Of a stretch of DNA of 64,000 nt, positions 1-12,221 are shown in pieces. The number at the start of each line of letters is the position of its first letter. Within the stretch, counting starts at the first letter, position 1. Origin of the DNA: Perkinsus olseni. Lineage: Eukaryota. Position numbers and translations under genes: made by a program. The stretch lies in contig JABANN010000082.1 in NCBI GenBank assembly GCA_013115125.1, positions 1 through 64,000 of the forward strand, read 5' to 3'. The notes below the pieces were generated by a model. That model was not told where the DNA came from, did not search any database, and was given only the letters and a program-made list of their open reading frames with translations.

Positions 1-214
1 ACTAGCTCACTAGCCAGTCACCGGGTGCCACAGCCCGCACAAACTTTCGCGCTCGCCCGGGCCGCCCACACAAAGGGTGATCCTAATCACATCAAACCCC
101 AGCTAGAGGTTTCCCCCACAAGAAATCGTTCCGCATTTCTCTACGATAGAATTTAATATGGCCGTGGATGGCAGTGAAGCATTTCAAGTTGTCGAGTGGG
201 TGCAAGTTATGCAC

Positions 215-412
215 CGAACGGGGTCCCGGGATCGATCCCAGGATTAGGTTTCAAGATCGTGTTTTATGAACAGTGTTTGAGATCGATCCCGGGATCAGTC
301 CTGAAAAGTTCCAGGACCGAGTTCCCTGAACACGTTTTCAAGATCGATCTTCAAAATCGATCCTCAAGATAGATCCTGGGACAGGTTTATTGGTCTTTTA
401 CTGAACAGCCCG
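215..412. repeat. Palindrome-rich ~200 bp repeat, copy A
   Basis: Palindromes gggatcgatccc (228-239) and aagatcgatctt (340-351); TGAACA at 267, 327, 402; ends tttactgaacagcccg (397-412), identical to 840-855. Confidence 0.8.
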
Positions 413-493
413 CTATTCTGGGAGTTTCATGGCGCGTGACATCACAGCTGAGGACGGCCAATTTCGTGATGCCCATCCACAGTTCAGAGGCAA

Positions 494-565
494 TCGCTAG
501 CGAGGAATCGAACCTGGGCGGTACGAGTGTCGACGCAACCGTCTAACGCACTAGACTACTTGAGT
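494..565 (-). pseudogene. tRNA-like sequence (tRNA pseudogene or SINE head) with Pol III A and B boxes
   Basis: Minus strand reads TAGTCTAGTGCGTTAGAC (A-box-like, D-stem GTCT/AGAC) ... CCAGGTTCGATTCCTCG (B box GGTTCGATTCC, 504-514). Acceptor and anticodon stems pair poorly. Confidence 0.65.
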
Positions 566-657
566 GGAATTTGCCTGAGTTGTGTTGTAGCATAGCGAAA
601 TCTTTTCTCGAGCGGCGTGCGCATCGGAAAAAACGGATCGCAGCTCTGGATATCGCG

Positions 658-856
658 AAGTTGGCTGCCAGAATCTATTCCGAGAATCGATTCTCAGAAT
701 TGAGTTATTTGAACACATCTCGGAACTGATTCCAGAACTCGTTCTGAAATATTTGGGAATAGAGTTCACTGAACACGATTCGGGAATGCATTCTGAGAAT
801 CGATTCTGAGAACTAGTTCTGGAATAGGTTTTGCCAAAGTTTACTGAACAGCCCGG
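658..856. repeat. Palindrome-rich ~200 bp repeat, copy B
   Basis: Palindromes gagaatcgattctc (682-695), gaatgcattc (784-793), agaatcgattct (796-807), agaactagttct (809-820); TGAACA at 710, 770, 845, each exactly 443 bp from copy A. Confidence 0.8.
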
Positions 857-972
857 TTGGGTCTCTATCTTGCTCACTCTCGCTGGTCTCGAAATACCCT
901 AATTTTCCTATCTCCGATGTCATTGTGTAGTTGTTGCCTCCCCCTCCAGCTGGCAGTGGATCCAACAAGCAG

Positions 973-3900
973 ATGGGATGTTCTGCATCATCATCATCAT
1001 CGTCGCCTCGATGGTGGCCGCCTTGGTCATCGTCTCGTTACGTTGTGGGTAGAAGCCATCATAGTGATGATGGACACGGAGAAGGAGGCGAGGTTCGTGC
1101 GCTCACCGTCGCGAGCAGCCGTGGCAATGGTGGTGGTGATCGAGACTTGGTAGTGTATCGTAGTGTGGAAGGGCTCACTGATTCTCCTGAGGGGGTAAAG
1201 AATAGAGGATTCACCCCTCCGGGTACACCCTCTACTAAAGCGGTAGAGGCGGGCGGATGTCGAAGCACACCGAGGAGTTGTTCCATAGTAATATCGTATA
1301 ACCCAACGGAAGCAGTCCACCCTGCTCATAGCCTAGCAGCATCACTGAGAGAAAGTGTAATAGAGTACAACCAGGCTGGGGCCGAGCACCCCATGGACAT
1401 CAGCATACACTTGACCGAGATGAATGATGATGATGTAGTGGACGAAGGGGTTGTTAGAGCGTACCGTATACCGCCGGAGCTCGCTGAGTGCTCTATCTAT
1501 CTACCTCTAGTATCACCCAAGTGGATACAGTCCTCAAACGGGTCTCGTCATGTACGCTTCATGGCCAGAAGGAAGATATTAGAATCTGCCACTAAACCCT
1601 CGAAAACACTGGCTGTCGCGCTAGGATGGCTGATACCGAGAAAGGAGTGTCAAATGGTGTTGAGCAACATGCTGGGCAGCACGGCAGCCTCAGCATCTGC
1701 CTCTGGTGTGCAAGTGGTGGAATGGTCCACTCCTGATGCAGTGACCGAGGGCCTCGAACGGTGTATCCTACAGGCAGCCCAGAGGATAGTGTATACCAGA
1801 GAGTTCGATCATCACTATCGGTTATGGCGACAGTATAGTACTACTACTACCACGGCCGAGGAACGGAAGGAAGGGGATGTCTCTGGCTCAGCTGAAGATG
1901 AGAAGGAAAATTCCGAAGGGGTCCTTCACAGTAGTACTGGTGATGTTGACGAGTCTTCGTATAGAAAGGAGAGTGCCGTTGGTGAGGGTACACAGCGACG
2001 AGTAGTGGAGCCAGGCCCTCCCCTACCTCGTCCGCAAACTGGTCACGCCTTTGCCCTCGTCACATTCACCACGGACAGCGGGGCGAGGATGACTGATGAT
2101 GATCTCTATCGTACTCGTAATAGTAGTGATTTCCATACTGGCAACTGGGATGGTGTCCCAGAGGAGCCCATAGAGTCCTTCGACCTGGCAGGTAATGAGT
2201 TGAATATTGACGATAGGGTGCTCTTGCTGGGCCTGAAGACGTGTCGAGAGCTCAACGGCAGAGTCGGGTGTATAAGGAGGGTAATACCAGATGGTAGGGT
2301 GGAGGTCGATATAGCTGATACCGTGACTAGTGGTGGCATGAGGGTATGTAGGAGGGCACGGTTACAGAGTTCTAAGGTGCAGAGGTTGGAACCGGACCAG
2401 CTGATTGTGGCCGGCGGATCCCTATCGCCACGGTCTGATGATAATGTAGTAGGGAGTGGAGTCAGGGGTAGTGGCCAAACCCTGAGGAGGGATACTACAG
2501 TACATCCTGCGGATATATCTGCACTATGGTCTTCATCGAATGGACCGGGGGCGCCACAACCTCCCCCCGGCATGCCTGTAATACCTACCAAGCCACCCGC
2601 ATCGCCACCAGCTGCCGTCGCCCAATCCGTGGGAAATCCCACCAGTGAAAGGGAGACTAACCCTCATGCAGTTGAGGGCAGGCCCCGGCTACGGCAGCTA
2701 TGTGATGGGGTTATCGAGGATGGTGATGCGCAGGAGGAGGATAGAAGCACGCCACAGAGGGATGCCACAATGGACTTGCCGGGAGCTCCACCAGGCATGC
2801 CGACACTTGAACAGCTAGCCGGTGGTAGGAAAGCTGTTAGCAACTCATGATGGCTGGAAGGGGTAGCCAGTGAGGTACTCGACGAATGAAGGCATCTAGT
2901 AGCAGCGAGTACGCCAGTCTCCGAGGAGCAGCACGATATAGGAGTAGACCCGTCAGTGAGGGTGATATCATCACATTACTCTGAGGCATTTTAGTGCACT
3001 ACGGTATAGATACCTACAGGAGACGGAGGTCACGACTGGAGGAGCGGGAGCAGTTCCAAGGTCATCTCAATAGTATCGAAGGAGTAGCAATACCGCTGCC
3101 GGTCACTAGGAAGCAGATGGAGGCAGCAGAAGGCAGTAGGGAGCAAAGGAAGGTAGTAGGGGTGAGGACGGGGTATGAGGTAGTGACAGTAGTAGTCGGG
3201 TAATAACCACTCCGATGGTGTACCTCCAATAATGCCAACCTTCCATGATCTACACCTGGCAGCAGCAGCAGCTGATGGAGGTAGTCAGGAGCCGGCACAG
3301 AAGGTATGATGGATACAACCCGTAGGTGTGGATGATGCTGATGCTACTATCTTTACTGTAGGAGGAGGATGATGCCTCAGAGGATGTGTCTAGTGTAATG
3401 GATATAATAGAGGACGATGATGATGATGAGCACCACCCTGATGGAGGTGTTCATCACTACTGTCACCCTCAACTACCATCTTGGCCTACCTCTCAGACCC
3501 CCAGCAGCCTCTTTCTCCTCCTACTGCTCAGCCCATCATTGTCATTGGTAGGAATGCTAAATGGCGAGTAATAGAAAAGGTAGTATGATCTGTGATAGGG
3601 CTAGGGTATGGACACCGCGGCTTGGTAGGTGTCATCCTATGGTTACATAGCTCAGTTGTTACCTGGCAGGCCACTCTATGATAAGGTGTTGCCCTCCAGT
3701 CGACGGGTGGCTATCAGGGCTTTCCCTATCACCAGTGATGCTCACCTATCACTGTTCACTGATAAACTAGATCTAGTACTATCTAAAGTATCCACTAACA
3801 CCCCACCAGGGCAGCAGCAGCCACCTCCACAACTCCTCGCCATCTTCAGCTATGACATTATTCCACCTCAACCTGCACTCGTCCTGTTCCCCTCACCAAG

Positions 3901-5963
3901 GGGTCTAGGAAGGCCCCCTCTCCAAGGCACTGTGGAGAAGTATGTCGTTGTGTATACGGAATGGTGCCCCCTCGGTACAGTACATGATCTCCTTATGGAC
4001 CTCCGGCATGGTAATAGCACTGATGCTGCTGCTGATATCGTTCTTGACGAGCCCACCAATGGTTTGGAGGAGGCCTTAGTCCGGAAGTTCGTATGGTACA
4101 CCCTAGTAGGCCTACACTGGCTGCACCACCATGAGCTCTACCATGGCCATCTATGCTCACAGGCCCTCATGCTTGATGGTATGGATAATAGTGTTAAACT
4201 GGAGGGTTATGCTCTACCTTTTACCCGACACTATCGTCAGCCATTACCACCTCTAGTACCAGGTATGGTGGTAGACAATGAACGAGGGGATGCACCAGCA
4301 GCAGCCTACTGGAGATCACCGGAGCTACAGGGCATCAGCCCTAGGCAGCCAGTAGAGCCTGGAGCGATGGCTAAGGTAGTGATATGGTGAGGATGTGCTC
4401 TCGGGTGCTGTGGCGGTCGAAGTATTAGTACTTGCATTCAGGGTGATATATGGTCATTAGGGTGCCTGGCCATAGAGATGTTAACCGGGACCCATCCTCG
4501 GTACACCACCACACTCCATCAGGATATATCCGATATAATAGCATTGGACGATAGTGCTATCCCTCACATACCATCAGAGGTGTCTGATACAGGTACTCTG
4601 CTGCTTCTGCTGTTCTATACTCGTCGTCACTCTCGCTGGTGATAGGCCGAGATTTCATAGCTCGCTGCCTCCAGCGTAATCCTCACCTAAGACCATTAAC
4701 TAAGGAGTTGATGATGCACCCATGGATGCTCCTGGACTCTACACCACGACCAGTTATGGAGGCCGATGGTGGTGCTGTGCATTGATGAAGGCGGCATGTT
4801 TATGCCATTCCAGTCACATGCTTTCGGAGGTGAACAGGGTGTTGTGTGAGAGGAGTGGGCCGCAGTGTCACCGTCAGTTCATTGCCTGTCTACTCACTAT
4901 AGTCTACCCCACTCCTGCTGCTCCACAAGCAGTAACCTCACCCTCCAATGAAGGAGCCAGTGCAATGCCTCCTCCTACTACTGATGCAGACTCCACGACA
5001 GAGGAACCGGAGGAAGACGCCTCAGTTGAGGAGTCGATGCTTTACCCTTCATCGGCTCCTCTGCTCTTCGTAACGCACAGACTGTGTACCACTCCCCTCT
5101 CGAGGGCCGTGGAGGGTGGTAGTAGCGGTGGAGCCTTTGAGTCTGCTATATCCTACCGTATACCCTACCTTCTAGATGGCTTCGGTGTTGGACCATTAGA
5201 CCCTGTATCATTCACCACTGCCTTCTGTTTTCGTGCTGCTGAGCCCTGTCTACCCTTGTCCGATGACCCTGTCCCTGTCCGCTATGACCATCATCCCCCT
5301 CATGGAGGCCCCTCAGTGAGCCTCCTAGTGTACTCATCAGCACCATCGCATCACCTGGTTGTACAACTAGGCCTAGCAAGGATCTGTGAGTTTGAATCGG
5401 GAGCCCTGATACCGGAGCCTACGTTGAAGAGGCACTTCGGAGAGCAGTGGCGGAAGTACTCCCCACCCCAGCTAGGTCGCTGTGTAAGGGTGTTCTGGGT
5501 GCGGGTAGACGAGGAAGCGACGGCCTCAATAGGTGTAGCCCAGCGTGTTCTTCCACCCCTTCATGATATAAGGGTACTGTTGTCCGGGTATACTCTACCC
5601 GATGCCTTACCATCGGGATCACCACCAACCCCACTAGAGGAGGGTATGCTGGTGTCAATAGGTTACGCTACTTACACGGGCTGGGTGTATGCAGCAGCCT
5701 CCAGTGGCGGTGGGAGGGGATGGCTGCCGATGGGAGCACTTGACTTGCTCATTGGTGACCCCGACCGATGCCCATTCACTCGGATAGGTAATGCTATGGT
5801 CTATGCCGAGCCGGAATGCGAGGATGATGTGAAGGATGACGATGATGAGGAGGAGGGTAGTAGTAGCAGTAGTGATGATGATGGTAAGGAGGATGATGAT
5901 GATTCTGACTTCGCAGCACCCAATAGTTACTTTGATAATCCTGAGCCTGCACCCCCTTCCTAA
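973..5963 (+). CDS. Multi-exon protein: MGC acylation motif, TIR-like domain, KOW/SH3-like domain, STE/MAP3K-like pseudokinase, C-terminal SH3-like domain
   Basis: ATG 973 (MGCSASS). IVISY...SIYLPLVSPKWIQS (TIR-like); RVLLLGLKTCRELNGRVG; kinase lobes YTEWCPLGTV, LHWLHHHELYHGHL, YWRSPE, DIWSLGCLAIEMLTG, RDFIARCLQRNPHLRP; GWVYA...GRGWLP. In-phase introns at 2822-2874 and ~2962-2994. Not all junctions were resolved. Confidence 0.6.
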
Positions 5964-6100
5964 CAACTATGTACCATTCTGTTCACTTCCTCCTGTTACT
6001 GTAGTATAGCTTATGATTTATTGCCCCATCCTCTCAGCGTTGTGTTAGAATGATGCTTGCTATCCATCGTCATCAGTAATGATAATGCAGTTGTCCCTCT

Positions 6101-7356
6101 ATGCCCTATGCATGCCCCTCAGTAACCCCCTCCCCCACCCCTACTAGCCCCCTGCTGCTGCACCTCACTGCACTGCCCGCAGAGGTTCTACTGCATATAC
6201 TACTGTGGTTGGATACCCCATCCCTCTGCACGTCACAGCTGACCTGCCGTACGCTGTGGTCAGTAGGTGATGGGTTGGTAGAGGATATCTGTAAGAGGAT
6301 GTGCAGTGGGCTTCGTATCGCTCCTATCAACCTCGGTGGACCGTCACTGTGGTGCTGTGCTGCTCGGAAACAGCAGGGCTGCCCTGATCTACCGTGGAAG
6401 GACAAGGCCAATAAAATGCGTTCCTGTAGTGCACCCTTGTCATCATCACTAACGTGTTCAATCATCCCTATCGCTCTCAGTATCGCACGTTATGGACGAG
6501 TGCCCCAAGCTGCTCACCGTCAGCAGCCGATCGGGAATCGGTGAATCACAGCGGAAGGCATTCTCCTTCGACCACAGGTCTGCCAGGATTGCAGCTAAGC
6601 GATTGACCTTCACCGCTACTACGGTAGTAATACGGCGGAAGACGCCACTCATGCTGCTCAACACGCTATGCTGACCTCAGTTACTCGGGGTATGCCCCTG
6701 TACTCCAACGCCACTACTGCCGCTGCATGTGGATGATAGATGTTGGGTACAGGTATCATTCAGGATACACTACAATAAAGAAGCTGCTGGCAACTTCTCT
6801 CTGGGTTTCTGTGATTCTATCACTAGTGAGAATCTCACTGTGGATCGTTCACGTAGTAGAGTGTGCGGTAAGGGTATAGCCATTGACCCCATATCTGGTA
6901 CCATATACCATACAGGGACTGCTCTAGTGGGCATGGCGCCCAACCCTGTCCATGTACCCAATACTGTGGTAGGCGATGGTGGTCTTGGTAGTGTAGTCGT
7001 GGGACTGTGCATGTCCTTGTATACTGGAGATGTTATCTTCCTAAGGAGGCTGCCCGACAACTCGGCACTGTGGGAACGGAGCATCACCATACCAAGCTCC
7101 TCCTTCTCTAGTAGTAGGCAAGCGGTGCTGTCTTGGATAATCATCTACACCATTGCTAGGTACTACACGTAGTACTGCACGCCGAAGGGTATGGTACCCC
7201 TGCCTCTGCTGTCATGCATTGACAGAGGCATCACGGCTTGGGGGGGAGGTTCTAGGCTATGTAAGACCGTTAGTGTCTGCTGCTGCTGTTCACTGTTGGA
7301 TCGGTGTTTCCCTTTCAGGAGAAGCTGACTGGTGCCCAGCTTTGGCAGAGGTGTAG
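6101..7356 (+). CDS. F-box protein (multi-exon)
   Basis: LTALPAEVLLHILLWLDTPSLCTSQLTCRTLW is an F-box motif; downstream exons correspond to ORFs 6492, 6729 and 7153. Confidence 0.65.
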
Positions 7357-7743
7357 TGAGACCAGTAGTGTCCTCGAAGGCCTCCCTCCTCATCATCACC
7401 ACCCTGGACCACATGGAGGCTGACCATCCGTACCCTCCCGACTTGCTATCACCAAGGGATGGGCCAGGAATGGGGCTCAATTCAGCTGATCATGATGTTA
7501 CTGTGGTCAGCTGTAGACCCGACTGTAGAGTCAACTATCCTACCAGCTATTCACCTTGCACTCTTCTGTAGTGGCGGTAGCAGCAACAGCAGAGTACTCA
7601 CTCACTCACTGACTGCTGCTGCTGCTGATGTCCCTGCAACTAGCCATTTACTGTATAGTCTTTGCACTCTACAACAGCAATGCAGTGTTGAGTTCCACTG
7701 GTGGTGCAGCATGCTGAGCCCCTAGTAGTAGTTTCTTCATATA

Positions 7744-9592
7744 ATGTCAACTACAGACGAGAAAACACCAATCGATTGTTCAGCCACTTCTACATCGCCA
7801 CTGCCTAGGCAGTACCAATATGGTACCGTCCCTCTACCTAATACCACACCTGTAATGATATGCCCACCATTGCAGATACAGTCGTCGTTGCATCATCTAC
7901 GCTGAAGGATACGTCACCAGCGGCCCTATGGTCACTAGGGCCCCTCGTGGCAGTGGCGGCCCCGCTAGCCCGTACTAGGCTCATAATCAGCATCCTACCA
8001 CATCGTTTTGGATTGGAGTATGATTCCACTACCCTATGTGACATTATAGATAGTCTATACCAGGCTGCTGGGGAGCATGGCCATCCCTTCTTGGACGTCC
8101 AAGTCCGTCTCAACGACACCTTGCCCTTCACTAGAGGGCCACAGTGCCCTCTAGTGGGTGCTGTGGGGTTGATGGATGGGGATAAGGTAGATGTGCTGCT
8201 GCCAGCAGTAGCATACTCTGAGGAGCATGCCGTAGCGGACCAGGCCTCACTGGCCCACTTCGATCATGTCCTCTTCGCTGGTACCTTCGACCATCTGCAT
8301 GTTGGCCATCGCGCTGTTATAACCCGTAGCTTCCTTATGGCCAGGAAGACACTGCGGTTGGCATTGGTAGCAGGTGAGCTGTTACAACATAAAAGGCTTG
8401 CTAAGGCGCTACAACCATTCCATGTAAGAGAGAAGGAGGCCCTGCGCTTTGTGCAAGATATACGACCCACCGACTGGCACTGCGACGTCGCCGTTATACC
8501 TGATATTACGAGAGATCCTATAGGACCAGCTAGGACACTGAGAGACTTCGATTGTTTAGTGGTCACTACGGAGACAGCCAAGGGTGGTGCTGTGGTGAAC
8601 GAGGCTCGGAAGGAGGCTGGGTGCCCTGAGGTTACGATAGTAGAAGTTAACCTGAGAAGCCACAGCTCCAATGCTGATGATGGCAATGCTAAGATAAGCT
8701 CCACTGATACTAGAGAGTATATAAGCGGCAAGGCGGGTGGAGAGGTGCCACTGACTGCCATGTAATCGGGCGATTGCTACATGGCCAGTGGCCTAGCTCA
8801 TCATCACTTACAACGTAGGTACGATAGATGGCATGCACTAGTATCAAAGGCTTGCATGTTCGATGGCAGGGAGGGATGCCAGCAGCAGGAGGAGTTGATT
8901 GATGGTTGGTGGTCTACATTAAGGGACCTCTACCTCCAACCGTGGCGATACTATCATACCCTCAATCATGTAATACCACCGGCATTACAGTAGTTCTACT
9001 GGGCTCAGTTATTCTCACAATGCAGGTTAAAGAGATACTAGACAACATTGAGTGTTCTAGGGCGGGTAATGGTCCCCTGCCGGCGTCAGCGGTGGTGGGC
9101 GGCCCTTCAAGGACTTGTCTCGAGCTCTGTGCATGGTTCCATGATGCTATATACGTGCCGGGCCTCGATGACAATGAGAAGGCTAGTCAGCAGCTGTGGA
9201 TGAGTTTCTGTGAAGATGCAGCAGGCAGCATAGACTCTGAGCTAAGGGATGATGTATCCACCATCATCCTAGCGACCGAGAACCACGTATCCAGCAGAAC
9301 TGTATACCCGAAGGACCAGTACCCGACCCTCAACGCCTTCCTGGATCTGGACCTGCTCATCCTAGCCTCCCCCGCGACCCGTTATCAAGAGTATGCTGAT
9401 GGGATAAGGCAGGAGTACGAGCCAGTGGTCGGAGGCCCCAGCGTGTTTGCTGAGCAACGGTCGGGGTTCCTTTCATCAGTGTGTAGCGGTGATGAGGCGA
9501 TGTTTGCTTTGTGTGGGCCCGATGCTGAGACCAGAGCCCGGAATAATATGGAGATGGAGTTCAAACACCTACAACAGCAGGCTAGCCACTAA
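7744..9592 (+). CDS. Phosphopantetheine adenylyltransferase-like (HxGH nucleotidyltransferase) fused to COG4339-like HD phosphohydrolase
   Basis: AGTFDHLHVGH, DPIGPA, CLVVTTET.KGG..VN, KISST (eukaryotic/archaeal PPAT type); then RYYHTLNH, AWFHDAIY, DNEKAS, FLDLDLLIL, IRQEY. In-phase GT-AG introns 7823-7875, 8762-8818, ~8970-9025. Confidence 0.8.
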
Positions 9593-9736
9593 GTCCCAGC
9601 AACCCTTACCATTCTCACCATCCCTGTGTGATCCTGTTATCGTTATTCTTTTTCTCATTTCCTTCCTGCTTTGAGTTGAGCATGGAGGGGTCTATCCGTC
9701 CTGTCAGAGTATGTTGCCACCAGTTTCCTATAGACC

Positions 9737-11446
9737 ATGACTCCATCGTCATCGCCTCCCTCCTCTTCTGTTGGGCCTGAGGTAGCCCATTGGCTACGTC
9801 TGGGTCTAGGCGGCCTGTGGTGTGCTTTAGCAGGCTATGCTCTCGGTAATGCTGCTGCTAGCTGGGTCGCTGATAGACAACACGTCACGGCGGCCAACTC
9901 CGACAAAAGAAAGAACGCATGTACCGGTCATGCTGGCACAGCGCAAGCTACCACTACTACCGCGAATGGTGATGTTCCCTCTGGCAAGGGTATGGATGTA
10001 GCAGTGAATACTGATGAATCCTGGGGTCGGTACGTGATGGATGCTTCTGATCTCATGGTGGCAGTGGTGGCCTGTGATGCTCGTGCTGTGGGGTTTGGTA
10101 CACTTGATAACGATACAGAAGCCCATTCCACAACATTAGTATTGCGGTGTAAGTTCCAGCCTGCCTCTGCTGTTGGTGGAGGGGAGCTATCCTTCCAAAT
10201 ATTCTTCGACCCCACTGAGAACTACCTGAGGTTCATATCCAAGTTCGATCTCACCTCTGCGGATCTGCCTGATGAGGTGATAGCTTACACAGCAGCCTCC
10301 TGGAACACCACCATGCGTTATTGCCGGCTAACACAGTGTGGGGGTCCAGCCGGCCCCAGTGGCCCCTCCGATGGTATGAACTTGGACATGGTTGCTATAG
10401 CACCACAGTGCTTTGCTACCCAGACCCATGCTATAGAATGGCTGGCTCGTCTCACTAAGGTCAGTCTACTCTTGCTACCATTACTACAGTGCTTGATGTT
10501 ACCGCTTTGTTAGGTATTCATGTCATCAATAACAAGATGCTTGATTCATATAAGGGACTGCCGTAATGGGGCTATGCCCTTTGCCACCAAGGACATGCTA
10601 GAGGCTAATACGGTGCTCTCGGCGGTGCAACCCAGCAGCAGCAGCAGTATCAAGCAGGATGGCCAGTCACCTCGCCACCAACAGCAGTGTACAAGTACCG
10701 ATGCAGGGTCGTCGTCATCGTCGTCATATTATGATCGCTCGGCGGCTGACGAGTTTTGTCCAATCTGTCTTGAACGCTTTGTACCTGGAGACCTTGTCCG
10801 ACGGCTACCCTGCATGCATGTCTTCCATAAGACTAAGGCTTGTGACATCGACAAGCATTTGAAGAGGAACAAACAGTGCCCCACCTGCAAGTAAGTGTTC
10901 GAGGCCGATCATGATTTTCCGCGCTAGTGTACTCCGTGAGCACGTTTCACTACTACCCCTCACTTCAGGACTCCGATTGACGTCCGCTACGACTATTTGT
11001 TCCAGGCGCCTCAGCAGGCATCACCAGTTGAGGGTGGACCGGATAGTATCGCTGTCCCCACTGCACCACTCCAAAGGGTGGCCTCTCAGCAACAGGGGGA
11101 GAATATATCAGAACATGTTGCGGACTTAGAGCGTATGCTGGATGGACTGAGGGAGTCCCTCTATAACTATGAGAGGATGAGGGCAGCAGTCCAGGCATTC
11201 TATCATACCCCAACCACTGCTAGCTCCCCGACACCCGTAGCCCCTTCATTGGACAGGGTCAGCTCTCCAATTGAGCGGCGGCCCACAGGGAGTGAGGTGG
11301 CCGATGGTGGGAGAGGGCACAGCATTGTAGACCAGCAGGACAGTGGGCAGACCAGCCGCCGCGATTCGGATGTAGGTTACTGGGATGCGTAGTGTTGTTC
11401 TTGAATCGCCCTATAGCCGACTCCTTGTTTTGACCTCGCGGAATGA
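9737..11446 (+). CDS. RING-H2 E3 ligase-like protein with N-terminal hydrophobic segment
   Basis: CPICLERFVPGDLVRRLPCMHVFH...CPTCK; N-terminal LGLGGLWCALAGYALG. The 3' end is either 11392 or spliced to 11446. Confidence 0.75.
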
Positions 11447-12221
11447 TAAGACCATTGGCATAGCAGTAGGAGAAGGTCTATTTAGCTCGGTAGATATTGC
11501 TGTGCGTGGTCATTATCATCATATGGAGTATAGTTGTGGTCTTGGAGCACGACCCTCCATAGGGAAGGCCTGCGTGTACCCTTGGTACACGGCTTGGGAG
11601 CACTCACCATCGTGCCATTTACACCAGAATACTCGTTTTATGATGAACTACTGTGGCTACGCCTTGATACTTCTCAGTTAGCCAGAATGACGGAAAGTAT
11701 CTTAGGTCGGAGTTGAGACTAGATCAGTATACGGTGGTTATTCGTATTCTAGTGCATGGTTGTTTCAGATCTCGGCCCAGCCACATCGCGACCCACATAC
11801 AGAAGCCCTACTTCACCCCGCACCCAATCCGCATAACATGCTCATGCTGCCTCCTCCTCCTCCCCCTCCAGCATCATCATTACCGCCTGAACCGTCGGAC
11901 AGCTGTGCTGACCCCACGGAGACAGAGCCTCGTCAAGATGGGCCATCATGACTGCCTGGCCGTATCCAAGACACTACATCAGCACAGAGAGCCTGTCATA
12001 GTTGAAGAACAGCTAGGGCCGATCCTCTTGTATACTTGCTAATGTTTTTGTTCTCATTGTATTATTGTCCATCATTGCTATAACAATAAGCTCGACATCG
12101 TAGGCTATGAGCTAGCATCATACGGTGGCTCTCGAGCTTTCAAGCATCGTCTCTCGTGTTCCCTACAGTGTATCAATGGTCAGCTTGGCTGTGGTTCTAG
12201 AAGCAGCAGTCTCGTCAGGAT

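Noticed and set aside
215-856. CRISPR array interpretation
   Set aside because: No identical repeats separated by unique spacers, no cas genes, and a eukaryotic context.
551-877. 108-aa minus-strand ORF
   Set aside because: Runs through the palindromic repeat; its composition reflects the DNA repeat, not a protein.
11450-12100. Several short ORFs between the RING and acyltransferase genes
   Set aside because: No consistent exon chain or recognisable domain could be supported.
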